A DNA stretch of 64,000 nucleotides from a virus, in the IMG/VR virus record IMGVR_UViG_3300039308_000034, positions 15,206 through 79,205 of that record. One strand, given 5' to 3'. The notes beneath the pieces are model-generated. The model saw nothing but the letters and a program-made list of their open reading frames with translations. It ran no database searches and had not been told where the DNA came from. Shown here piece after piece: positions 54,009 through 63,053 of this stretch; positions within the stretch are counted from its first letter, which is position 1, and each line of letters starts with the position of its first letter. The translations under genes were made by a program, and so were the position numbers.

Positions 54009-56425
54009 TGGCGATCGGGCTGCTCTATGCCATTTTTAAGTCAGCAAGTTCAGGCAGCAGTGACCTCCTACCTGAAACGATCGATTATCGCAATCGGTTA
54101 CTTGCCGACAATGAAACGATCTCTGACGAAGATCTCCAGTTGGTCAACGGATTCCTCGCAGGCTTGTGCGAAGATGGGTTGCGTGACCCAAACAACCCTC
54201 AAAGCTCAATCTTGAGAGAGTTCAGTTTTTACGGTGGCAATAGCCTGAACTCTGCTTTACATAAGCTTTTCTACATTGCTGGCACTCCCGCAAAGTGTAC
54301 CAACGTCAATTTTGTTGAGGCAGACTTTTCACGCACAACAGGGCTTGCCCCTGATATTTCTCTCTCGAAATCTCTTTCTACTGGGTTACCCTCAAACCTT
54401 CTTTCTTACGAAAACACCCACCTTTCTTCTTGGACAAACTCTGAGCGACTCAGCAACAACTACGAACACCTGATTGGTGCCTTTGCCTTCAACCTTGAGT
54501 TGGGTTGGTCATTCGATCGAACGACCTATTATTCAGGCAAGGATTTCTATGCCCTGTCTGAACCAATCAACAGAATTGGGCTATTTACGTTTACCAGAAC
54601 CCCATCTGCGGTTACCTTCTATCACAATGGGGTTCCATTCTCCTCGCTCCCTTCGATTGGTGAGTTCTCCTTTTCTGATTCAGCAATCAATGTCTTCCGA
54701 GGGCACTCCCTCAACTCAAGCCAGGCTGGAATCCAATACTCGATCGGCACTGGAATGACGGATGCTCAGTCTCTTGCCTTCTACAATCGCTGCCTGACGT
54801 TGCAACAAGGATTAGGAAGGCTGCCCATTAATCCTGAAGTACTCGAATACAGAGCCAGGATATTAGCGCAGGGAGGTACTATTTCAGCGTCCACTCTGGC
54901 AAGTGTTGACAAACTGACAACCGACCTTCAGTCAGTCAAGAGTAAAATTATCGCGCTCTACCCGGTTGCAGGCGATCGCTTGCAGGATGCGCTCGTGCCT
55001 CTCTATACAACCGTTGCTGCCACTGGCTACAACTACGTTGCAGGAGATTATGTTGAGCGAGGAATGAGTGGAGGGTTAAAAGGTGGCAATGGCAAATACG
55101 TCAATACGGGTATTACGGGTGCCGGACTCTCTCCTGCTGACTTTGGATTAGGTTTTTACTTCTCCGAGTGGGAGTACCCAGGCTCTAACTACGAAATGCT
55201 CGGCGGGTGGCTCGATACTTCCTCTGGGGTTGTCCAGGTTTCACTGAGCCGCAACGGTGGGTTGATTTATCCCTTGGGGGGCAACTCCTATCTCTACAAT
55301 ACTTTTTCTGATGCGACCAAACGGGGGTTTATTTTTGAAACCGCACTGACAGCAAGCTCTCTAAATGTCTATATCAACGGCAATTTCGTTTCAGGCTCAG
55401 CCTACGATCGGGGCACTGACTGGAATACCACCCGACCGCTTTATCTGGGAGCTAGAAATCTAATTGGCAATCCTGATAGCTTTTCTGCTGCACGGATCAA
55501 AACCGCTGTTTTGACCAAGGGGCTGAGCGAGGCTGAGGCGCTTATCCTCTACAACGCAGTCTATGCTTTCAATTCGGCACTTGGTCGAGCTGAAGCTTCG
55601 CTTCATGCCGATACGATCGACTTTCAAAATCGGATGACAGCCGCAAGTGTGGCACTGAGCGAAGATGATTTAGCGTTAGGTGCTGACCCGCTAATTCGGG
55701 CATTGCAACCGTTTAAGGCGAATGTAGTAGGGGCTTTTCCAATTATTGGAGTGGGATTAAATGCTGCAAAATTATCGCTGTTTGCTCAGAGCGATCGATT
55801 AGATTCGTCTGGCGGGTTGACGGGAGCAAACAAGGATTTGTTGCTCACAAATGTTGTTGCCGGAGACTATGCCCAGTCCAAGGGATTGAAGCAATCCGCT
55901 TCATCAATTCTGGAAATGAACTGGTCACTTCAATCAATTGATCAGGCGAACTTTACAGCATTAATCTACTGCGCGCCAATTAGATACAACGTGGGAGACC
56001 AGTGCCTTTTTGGAGGCTATCGAAATTTTATTTATGAAATGAGCTTTGGCGCAGCGGCAATTTCGAGTGGGCTGATTGTGTCAGGAGGTAAAACGAGCTC
56101 ACCAAATTCATTTGCGACAGGTTCAACCAATTTCAGTCAAGGAATGGTTGCGTTGACCGCTTCCAGTAGTAACGACCTGCGACTTTACACAAACACATCG
56201 TTGGCAGGTTCTACCAGCGTTACCAGAGATGTTTCAGGTTCAATCAACCTCAATTTCCCGCTTTTGTCTTATGCAATTTACGATGGCGATAATTATGGCA
56301 GGATGGTCGGCAGCGAATTGAGGTTTGCCCTACTTTTAAATCGTGGGGTTTCTGAGGCAGAGATCGCCACGATGTACACCGCGATCCAATCATTCAACGA
56401 ATACTTTGAACGGGCAATTGTATGA
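54008..56425 (+). CDS. Putative receptor-binding protein with three tandem ~270-aa repeats (LamG-like)
   Basis: Repeat starts ETIDYRNRL, EVLEYRARI, DTIDFQNRM; each ends G.T.A....FY....A...LGR. Confidence 0.65.
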   Translation: MAIGLLYAIFKSASSGSSDLLPETIDYRNRLLADNETISDEDLQLVNGFLAGLCEDGLRDPNNPQSSILREFSFYGGNSLNSALHKLFYIAGTPAKCTNVNFVEADFSRTTGLAPDISLSKSLSTGLPSNLLSYENTHLSSWTNSERLSNNYEHLIGAFAFNLELGWSFDRTTYYSGKDFYALSEPINRIGLFTFTRTPSAVTFYHNGVPFSSLPSIGEFSFSDSAINVFRGHSLNSSQAGIQYSIGTGMTDAQSLAFYNRCLTLQQGLGRLPINPEVLEYRARILAQGGTISASTLASVDKLTTDLQSVKSKIIALYPVAGDRLQDALVPLYTTVAATGYNYVAGDYVERGMSGGLKGGNGKYVNTGITGAGLSPADFGLGFYFSEWEYPGSNYEMLGGWLDTSSGVVQVSLSRNGGLIYPLGGNSYLYNTFSDATKRGFIFETALTASSLNVYINGNFVSGSAYDRGTDWNTTRPLYLGARNLIGNPDSFSAARIKTAVLTKGLSEAEALILYNAVYAFNSALGRAEASLHADTIDFQNRMTAASVALSEDDLALGADPLIRALQPFKANVVGAFPIIGVGLNAAKLSLFAQSDRLDSSGGLTGANKDLLLTNVVAGDYAQSKGLKQSASSILEMNWSLQSIDQANFTALIYCAPIRYNVGDQCLFGGYRNFIYEMSFGAAAISSGLIVSGGKTSSPNSFATGSTNFSQGMVALTASSSNDLRLYTNTSLAGSTSVTRDVSGSINLNFPLLSYAIYDGDNYGRMVGSELRFALLLNRGVSEAEIATMYTAIQSFNEYFERAIV

Positions 56426-56805
56426 CACCTGAAGAACTGCAATTCAATCTAGCAAGCAATCCTCGCAATATGCTTCAGCTAACAAATGAAGAGCGATCGT
56501 CACTGCTTCTTCTGTTATCCCCATACTCTAGCGAGGGGTTTTCTCAACAGCAATTTGAATGGCTTTCAAATTGGTTCCTGGTTGTTCCAGAGAATGAGAT
56601 TACTTCAATTGAGGTCTTTAACCAGAAACCCAGATCTATCAAAGTGGGTTACCAAACGACACTCGACGATCGTAAGGTTGTTCGAGCTGCAATTCTGCTC
56701 GATCAAGGAAATTATCCTAGGCATGAATTACCGTGTGAAAGCTGGACGATCGTTAAACTTTCCGACTCAGATTTTCCCCACATCACATCAATAAACCCCA
56801 ACTAA
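56422..56805 (+). CDS. Hypothetical (tail module)
   Basis: 127-aa coupled ORF. Confidence 0.65.
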   Translation: MTPEELQFNLASNPRNMLQLTNEERSSLLLLLSPYSSEGFSQQQFEWLSNWFLVVPENEITSIEVFNQKPRSIKVGYQTTLDDRKVVRAAILLDQGNYPRHELPCESWTIVKLSDSDFPHITSINPN

Positions 56806-56806
56806 A

Positions 56807-57310
56807 ATGACAATTCGAGGACTTGACCCCCAAACAGGCGAATTTATCTATCTTGCCGCCGACGGCGCTGGGAGCGAAGTTGACCCCAAGATTTTGATTC
56901 GCAAAGATCCAATTGCTCATGCAAAACTTGATGCATTGGCGAATGCGATCAGCAGTTTGTTCCCCTCACCGCAAGTCTATAATTCCAACCCCAGCAACAA
57001 TTCTGCTGCTGCTATGGTTAAGACCTCAAGTGGATACTTGTGCGGATTCTCAATCTCAAACTACACCAGCACCACCTGCTATCTTCAATTTTTCAATCTA
57101 GCCAATCCGCCAGAGGCTGGCAATTCCAGCCCGCAGCTACGTCCTTTCGTTGTTTATGCAGGCAGTGTATTTGGAATCGGATCAGAACTTCTTAGCCAAC
57201 GCGGCGTTCTATTTGGCTCAGGTATTAGCTACGGGATATCTTCTACCCGCAATACTTTCACCCCAGTTACTCAGCCAGGAAATTTAGACGTAATTGTTCT
57301 CTTCAATTAA
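56807..57310 (+). CDS. Hypothetical, probable virion beta protein
   Basis: 167 aa; GYLCGFSISN...YLQFFN...F.SGISYG.SST. Confidence 0.65.
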   Translation: MTIRGLDPQTGEFIYLAADGAGSEVDPKILIRKDPIAHAKLDALANAISSLFPSPQVYNSNPSNNSAAAMVKTSSGYLCGFSISNYTSTTCYLQFFNLANPPEAGNSSPQLRPFVVYAGSVFGIGSELLSQRGVLFGSGISYGISSTRNTFTPVTQPGNLDVIVLFN

Positions 57311-57316
57311 AAAGAA

Positions 57317-57832
57317 ATGTTTATTTATCAACCTCTTCCAACCTACACGAATAGCCCAACAAATGAGTCTGGGGTTCCTACAATTCAATGGATTAAATCG
57401 AGGTTTGGCGGCATTATCTCAATGCCTGCAAAGACGGTTGACCCCAACAGTCCAGAAACAGCTTTGAACCTATCAGGGTCAGATTTTACGATCGCTACCA
57501 TTTCAAACGGTAGTGAGCTTAATCCTAAAGCGATTACTCCGTTATCTAATAACGGAAAGCATTTCTACCGAATTAGCTATCAAGTTCAGTATTCCTTCAC
57601 CGGGTTTGCTACAACCCTACGGCTTGCAATCGTGGTGCTCGAAAATGGCGTAAGAACAGACTATATTCTTGAAGAGCTTAAGGCAGACAAAATCTATGGT
57701 AGAACCCTAAGCGGCTCTACAGTTATTCCACTTACCAGCAACAACAATTTTTACTCAAGAATGTTCGTTGTAGCTTTTTCTGATGTTACATCCGAAGTCA
57801 CGGGAAGTCTTGGGATTGAAATTGTATCCTAA
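57317..57832 (+). CDS. Hypothetical, beta-rich
   Basis: 171-aa ORF ending the tail-fibre operon. Confidence 0.65.
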   Translation: MFIYQPLPTYTNSPTNESGVPTIQWIKSRFGGIISMPAKTVDPNSPETALNLSGSDFTIATISNGSELNPKAITPLSNNGKHFYRISYQVQYSFTGFATTLRLAIVVLENGVRTDYILEELKADKIYGRTLSGSTVIPLTSNNNFYSRMFVVAFSDVTSEVTGSLGIEIVS

Positions 57833-57837
57833 GCTAA

Positions 57838-58506
57838 TCATTGCAGCTTAGTTGGTTCGCCTTCATCTATTTCAATCGAATCAATTTTCTGTAATCGGCG
57901 CAGATAAAATCTGTAGAAAACCGATGCTTCTGTTACCCAATAGTCATCAAGCTCGTGGTTTTCTAGACACCAATCAAACTCACGAGAGGTGCGACAACGA
58001 ATCAAAAACGATCGCTCCCGATTTTCAATCAATCGATCTCGAAGAGAGAGCGTTACTTTAAGTGAAAGCCAATCCTGAATATCTACGCTTTTAATTTCAT
58101 CAAGAGCGAGATATATGCAGAACAAGCAGCGAGGCGAAATTTTGTCACGAGCCAAACGCACAGTACAAAAAATAACGTGTGTTGGTTGTCGTGTTCCAAG
58201 ACCTCTAAATCCCTCTGCCAGCATAGCTTTTGCGGTCTTTTGCGTAAGCCTTTGACAAAAGAGGTGGTGGACGATATTTGAGGTACGGGGCAGCGCGCCA
58301 CGAAACTCGGCAATCCGGGATGACGGAACCACTGCCCGGAACGGTGGAACTGTTTCACGATATTTTTTCCTCCCATGAAATTGGGGAAGCCAGGATTGGA
58401 GCCAACCATAGAAAGAACCCCACCAAAGTTTATCAAGGAATCGATTGTGCCGATCTGCTGTTTGATACATTGAGCTTTGTCCGATCGCTAAAAAAGAGTG
58501 GCACAA
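57838..58506 (-). CDS. Hypothetical protein
   Basis: 222-aa ORF filling the gap; convergent with the fibre operon. Confidence 0.6.
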   Translation of the reverse strand: MCHSFLAIGQSSMYQTADRHNRFLDKLWWGSFYGWLQSWLPQFHGRKKYRETVPPFRAVVPSSRIAEFRGALPRTSNIVHHLFCQRLTQKTAKAMLAEGFRGLGTRQPTHVIFCTVRLARDKISPRCLFCIYLALDEIKSVDIQDWLSLKVTLSLRDRLIENRERSFLIRCRTSREFDWCLENHELDDYWVTEASVFYRFYLRRLQKIDSIEIDEGEPTKLQ

Positions 58507-58598
58507 ATTAACGAAAATTCACACTTTTTGTCCGGATCGAGGCTGCTTGCAGCGATACCTCGATTTAAGTTGCTGTGCCACCTTTGCAATCAGCACAT

Positions 58599-58991
58599 TC
58601 AGCGCAGTGGCTTCTCTCCCGATTTCCAGATCAGCAAATGCTGTAAAAAGTCCAAAATTGCTTGCCTCTGGGGAAGAGGCAACATTGAAAACATTGCTGC
58701 TGCTGCAAAGACAAGGGGAATAAAATCCAACAGATCAAGCTGACCTGTCCTAGTTCTCAGATAGCTTTCCGCACCAAGATTGAATTCCAAAACAGTGGAA
58801 AAGATCGTAGAAGCTAACATCCCTAGAACAAATAGAATTAGGAAAATGTAGTGGAGAACCTGATGATGCAACCTTTTTCGCTCTTTTGAGCCTTCCTGAA
58901 GCTGTGCGGAAATGAAGGCTTCCAAACCATCAATTCGGTCACAGAGAACAATAAACTCATCCCGTGTGATCCACTGGGGATCTTCCATCAT
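58599..58991 (-). CDS. Small membrane protein, possible holin
   Basis: Two hydrophobic segments and a charged C-terminus; 130 aa. Confidence 0.5.
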   Translation of the reverse strand: MMEDPQWITRDEFIVLCDRIDGLEAFISAQLQEGSKERKRLHHQVLHYIFLILFVLGMLASTIFSTVLEFNLGAESYLRTRTGQLDLLDFIPLVFAAAAMFSMLPLPQRQAILDFLQHLLIWKSGEKPLR

Positions 58992-59120
58992 AAAATTTAT
59001 GCCAACTTAATTGGGTCTATCCTGGTCTATTTTTAGCATTTAAGGTTACGATTAGGCTATAAAATTAATAGCTGGCATTTTTTGCTGGCAAAGTAATTCA
59101 TAACCATCACAACTCCTAAC

Positions 59121-59150
59121 GGCAGTCCCTTTGCGGGGCTGTCTTTTTTT
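59121..59150 (+). terminator. Terminator-like hairpin in the leader of the protease-capsid operon
   Basis: GGCAGTCCC-TTTGC-GGGGCTGTC followed by seven T. Confidence 0.75.
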
Positions 59151-60824
59151 GTGCCCATGAATACCTCACTCCAGGCAGCTGGAAAAGTCCTTTCTACGAA
59201 CAATGCAGTCCGCCTCAAGCAGGTTTTTAGCCTCATCGCTGAAATATTACTGTCAGCCGACATTATTGATGCTGAAAAGCTAGAGGCTTTAATCCCAGAG
59301 GATGAAACCCCGGGAGAAGCCGAAGGAGTTGCAGCATCAACCGAATCTCAGCCGATCGAAGCTGAAGCTGAGGACTTTAAAACTCAGGTACAGCGAGTCA
59401 CCTGGCACGATCGGTTCAAAAGCGTAATTAAGATTTTCGTCAATCGGTTTCAATGCCTGCACGATGATAGCGAGCAAAGTTTAACGATTGAGATGGGTGT
59501 AGACGTGGCTAAAAATCGCGTCAAAGCGATTGCTGCACTAATTGATGATCTCAAAGCCGTTTTGACTGAACTTAGCGCCGATCATCCTGGTGCAACTGAG
59601 GACTCTACAGCACGTTGGCAAGGAATGGAAGCGCCCTACCTTTACCTAAGTGCTGGCCAGGAGCAGCAAGAGGTGAATCATCTAAGTCTTACTTTCGATT
59701 GTCCTGTTCAGGCAAGCAGTAAGACCAAGCGTAAAAACAATCGGCATCCGGTTTCTGGCGTTTTATTTCGGATTGATGAGCCATCTGAAGCAGTTCCTTC
59801 TAAAGGACCTGGATTGCCTCTCTACATTCCTCAAGACGTTGCAGCCAGCATTCTCAACAATGTTTCTGGCTTGCCTCTTGATGCTGCTGACAACTTAAGT
59901 GAACATGCCGACGAAAACATCACAGGTGTAATGCTATCGGCTGAAATTCAAGAGAAAGACTTTGTTGTTCACGGCTTTCTTTTTGAAGCATCACGACCAG
60001 ACAAAGTAGAAGCGATCGCCGCAAACCGCGACACCCTTGGCATGAGCATGACTGCTGATGCTTGGGGTCATGAGGCTGAAGTTAGTGGACGCAAGGTGTT
60101 TTGGGTTGACTCGATCGATCTCAAGGGAGCAAACATCCTCTATTCCGATCGCGCAACCTACCAGCAAACTCGCCTCATTGCTGCCGAAAAGTTTGACCCC
60201 GCTAACCGCGACCCAACCCCCACTGATTCAACTGCTCAACCCCCAGTGGCAACGCAGGCGAATCAAAAACCTGTTTCCGTTGCGGCGGCAACTACCCCCC
60301 AAGACCAACCCTCTATTCCTACAGGACAAGAACCTATGACTCTCGATCCCGCTTTGCAGCAACAACTGACCGATATCAGCGGCACCCTTGGAACGCTCCG
60401 CTCCGATGTCACTAAAGACATTACCTCTTTAGCAGACAGCGTTAAATTGCTGGCTGAAACGGTACAAACCGTTCAGGCTTCTGTGCAAACAATTGAGTCT
60501 GAACGGCAACAGAATATCCAGCAAGTTGCAGCAGCACAACGCCAACAACAAGAAACGGAACAGCGCAACGCGCTTGTTACCGATGTTGCAGCAGCAGTTG
60601 CCAAAATGCTGAACCCCAGTGGTCAGCCGGCTCGTCGCACCGTACCGCTGGCAACTCAAACTGAAACTGAAGTGAATGCAGCCTCCATGAACGGATTGCA
60701 GCTGGAATTGGTAAAAGCGCAGTCTGCTCTGGATGCACTCCGCACGGGTGGGGGTGATCGGACAAAGCGTATGGAACTTGTTCAAAAAATCTCCAACCTC
60801 AAAGTTCAACTAGGCATTGCATAA
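59151..60824 (+). CDS. Prohead protease / scaffold fusion
   Basis: Central GVLFRIDEPS...LSEHA...GMSM protease-like core and C-terminal coiled-coil; directly upstream of the capsid gene. Confidence 0.7.
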   Translation: MPMNTSLQAAGKVLSTNNAVRLKQVFSLIAEILLSADIIDAEKLEALIPEDETPGEAEGVAASTESQPIEAEAEDFKTQVQRVTWHDRFKSVIKIFVNRFQCLHDDSEQSLTIEMGVDVAKNRVKAIAALIDDLKAVLTELSADHPGATEDSTARWQGMEAPYLYLSAGQEQQEVNHLSLTFDCPVQASSKTKRKNNRHPVSGVLFRIDEPSEAVPSKGPGLPLYIPQDVAASILNNVSGLPLDAADNLSEHADENITGVMLSAEIQEKDFVVHGFLFEASRPDKVEAIAANRDTLGMSMTADAWGHEAEVSGRKVFWVDSIDLKGANILYSDRATYQQTRLIAAEKFDPANRDPTPTDSTAQPPVATQANQKPVSVAAATTPQDQPSIPTGQEPMTLDPALQQQLTDISGTLGTLRSDVTKDITSLADSVKLLAETVQTVQASVQTIESERQQNIQQVAAAQRQQQETEQRNALVTDVAAAVAKMLNPSGQPARRTVPLATQTETEVNAASMNGLQLELVKAQSALDALRTGGGDRTKRMELVQKISNLKVQLGIA

Positions 60825-60833
60825 TTTGCCTCT

Positions 60834-60868
60834 ATCCTTCACCCTTCACCCCTCATCCTTCATTCCTA
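60834..60868 (+). repeat. Five heptamer repeats (STRR-like) before the capsid gene
   Basis: ATCCTTC ACCCTTC ACCCCTC ATCCTTC ATTCCTA. Confidence 0.6.
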
Positions 60869-60875
60869 ACTAACT

Positions 60876-61970
60876 ATGGCTGTCGCCTCACCTCCTGGAT
60901 TTACTAACATTGAAAACGCAGAAAATTTGCTTCAATCGGTTCAGATTGGAGCATCTGCCACCAACCTGGGTGGCTTTACAATTAATCAGGAATTTGATCC
61001 TGAAGTGGAAGACAACCTACGGGACAATACAGTTCTGTGGCAGTTGATCACCACAAAGAAGAAAGCAATTGCACCGGTTATTAAGAAGATTCGTCGTACC
61101 TCAAGACCAACGGCTGATTTTGTCGATCGCAACAACCTACAGGCGGCTTATAACAATAGCCACGGTGATACTGCTCTGAATCTCCAAGACCCTGGGCAGG
61201 AAGTCAAAGCAGTTGCTGGGAAACTCAGTTTTGCTCACTTCAACCGATCGATGTATGAGCAGCAGGGTCGTCCGTACGGCGACGAGATTGCGTCCGAAAC
61301 AGACGAACTTCTCACCAACACTGCTCGATTCCTGGAGATGCAGCTTGTTCAAGGCGATGCAAATTCCAATTCATTGGCATTTAATGGCATCGAAAAGCTG
61401 ATCCCTTCCTCAGGACACATTTTTACCGTTGACCTGACTGATGCCCAACCTGAATCAATCATCAGCAAAATCGATGAGGTTGTGCTTCGCGCCAGTACTC
61501 AGCGGAATTACATGCAGAAGTTGACGCATATCGTTGGAACGGGCTCAGCTCACAAAGCAATCCGGGAAGAGGTTGGTCAGGCACTTTTCTACACGAACTC
61601 GAAAGAGGTTGTGCCTGGTCTGAACGTTCCGTCGGTCATGACTAATAATGGCGAGTTACCGATCATCACATCGCCCTATCTGAATGACCTGGATGGCGGC
61701 GCGGGGGATGATACGATTCGCCTTTATCTGCTCGATATGACTTCGCTCGAGTGGCATGGAGTTGTGCCATTTGGAGGTACACCTGACAACCTGGAACCCC
61801 AGATTTTTGACATTACTCAGTATGTCAATGGTCAACCACTGGTTGAGCAACGGATGGTTCTGCTCTATGGCGCACTTTACGCCAAAAATCAGGGCGCTGG
61901 GATCTATCGGATCGATATCAAAGTTCCTTCGGGAACGGTCTGGAACAGCGTAGAAGAAGCCTTAGTTTAG
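60876..61970 (+). CDS. Major capsid protein (HK97 fold)
   Basis: 364 aa; VKAVAGKLSF, LEMQLVQGDA....AFNGIEKLI, LPIITSPY, IYLLD pattern; follows the protease. Confidence 0.85.
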   Translation: MAVASPPGFTNIENAENLLQSVQIGASATNLGGFTINQEFDPEVEDNLRDNTVLWQLITTKKKAIAPVIKKIRRTSRPTADFVDRNNLQAAYNNSHGDTALNLQDPGQEVKAVAGKLSFAHFNRSMYEQQGRPYGDEIASETDELLTNTARFLEMQLVQGDANSNSLAFNGIEKLIPSSGHIFTVDLTDAQPESIISKIDEVVLRASTQRNYMQKLTHIVGTGSAHKAIREEVGQALFYTNSKEVVPGLNVPSVMTNNGELPIITSPYLNDLDGGAGDDTIRLYLLDMTSLEWHGVVPFGGTPDNLEPQIFDITQYVNGQPLVEQRMVLLYGALYAKNQGAGIYRIDIKVPSGTVWNSVEEALV

Positions 61971-61984
61971 TGTGAGGTAAACGG

Positions 61985-62407
61985 ATGGCAACCCTAAGTG
62001 CAACGCCAAAATGGAGGCTTCCAATTCTGGTCGTTCCCGGACTGGGAACCGTCCGCCACCCTCGTAATGGGATTCTTCAGGTGGATGAATCAACCGCTGC
62101 ATGGCTGATTGAACAAGGCTATGCAGTGGCAGCGTCCCAACCGGAGGCTCCACCAATCCCGCTTGGCGATCCCATCACTCTTTCAACTGAAACATTGCCT
62201 GAATCTTGGGAAACGATCGCCCTCCGCTTTGTTCAAACTGAAGATGAGACAAGGCTCGCAGCGGTTAAAGGCATCAGTCCTCAAAAAGCCAAAGAACTAA
62301 CTGAGCATCGCCCAGAAAATTGGGAGGCGCTCAAAGATAGCCTAACAAACTCTCAACTTAAGGCAATCCAAGCTCACGTTGCTCAACCCAAAACCCCTGA
62401 CCTCTAA
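61985..62407 (+). CDS. Hypothetical protein with HhH-like motif
   Basis: LAAVKGISPQKAKEL motif; downstream of the capsid gene. Confidence 0.65.
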   Translation: MATLSATPKWRLPILVVPGLGTVRHPRNGILQVDESTAAWLIEQGYAVAASQPEAPPIPLGDPITLSTETLPESWETIALRFVQTEDETRLAAVKGISPQKAKELTEHRPENWEALKDSLTNSQLKAIQAHVAQPKTPDL

Positions 62408-62419
62408 TCCCTAACAGCC

Positions 62420-62992
62420 ATGACCCTTCACGCTCCATTTGGTTCTCTTAAATCGCTCTCTCAAACTTCCGCAAACCGCAAACCAGAAAGAGCAAAATAT
62501 ACCTTTACCCGTCCAGCTGATACTACTGCTTATGCCGCAGGCGATTTTCTCTATCCTGCTGTTCCAGGAGCTGGCTCACAAATTAAAGCAATTCCCTTTC
62601 TAGGAGCCGTTGCCAACGCTGGACAGGAAACGCTTCTGCTCAGTGCCACTCTGATTGATCATGCGAGTGGAGCTTCTGCCGCTAACATCGATCTGCTCCT
62701 GTTTAGTGCACCCCTGACAACGGCACCCGTCGATAATGCTGCCAGCACGCCTGGAATTGTTGCAGCTGATCTGGAAAATCTGATCGATGTCATTTCATTC
62801 CCAGATTCGATCGCCATTGCTGCAGGCCCAGCCCGCATCTACTCAGTCTCACCCAATAAGATTATTGCAACAGCTGGTAGCTCTAAGGATTTGTATGCTG
62901 TGCCGATCGTGCGGAATGCCTATACGCCAACCAGTGGTGGCAAGTTTACCTTCATTTTGGGACTGCTACCGCGCGATTTGGGACTGTTTTAG
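62420..62992 (+). CDS. Hypothetical, probable head-associated virion protein
   Basis: 190-aa beta-rich ORF (FTRPADTTAYAAGD) in the capsid operon. Confidence 0.65.
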   Translation: MTLHAPFGSLKSLSQTSANRKPERAKYTFTRPADTTAYAAGDFLYPAVPGAGSQIKAIPFLGAVANAGQETLLLSATLIDHASGASAANIDLLLFSAPLTTAPVDNAASTPGIVAADLENLIDVISFPDSIAIAAGPARIYSVSPNKIIATAGSSKDLYAVPIVRNAYTPTSGGKFTFILGLLPRDLGLF

Positions 62993-63025
62993 CTTGTCTT
63001 AGTTTTGTCTACTGAGGAGAGTTAC

Positions 63026-63053
63026 AGGGGACTGCCTTTGCACCCCCTTTTTT
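63026..63053 (+). terminator. Capsid operon terminator
   Basis: AGGGG..TGC-cttt-GCA.CCCCT followed by a T-run. Confidence 0.65.

Noticed and set aside
57771-57798. Degenerate 28-bp site on the minus strand
   Set aside because: Arm spacing is off by 2 bp, the right arm is poor, and it lies inside a CDS.
52400-57832. DGR or shufflon acting on tail fibres
   Set aside because: No reverse transcriptase, no template/variable repeat pair and no 28-bp sites found in this module.
58083-58436. 117-aa minus-strand ORF
   Set aside because: Nested within the 222-aa ORF that better fills the gap.
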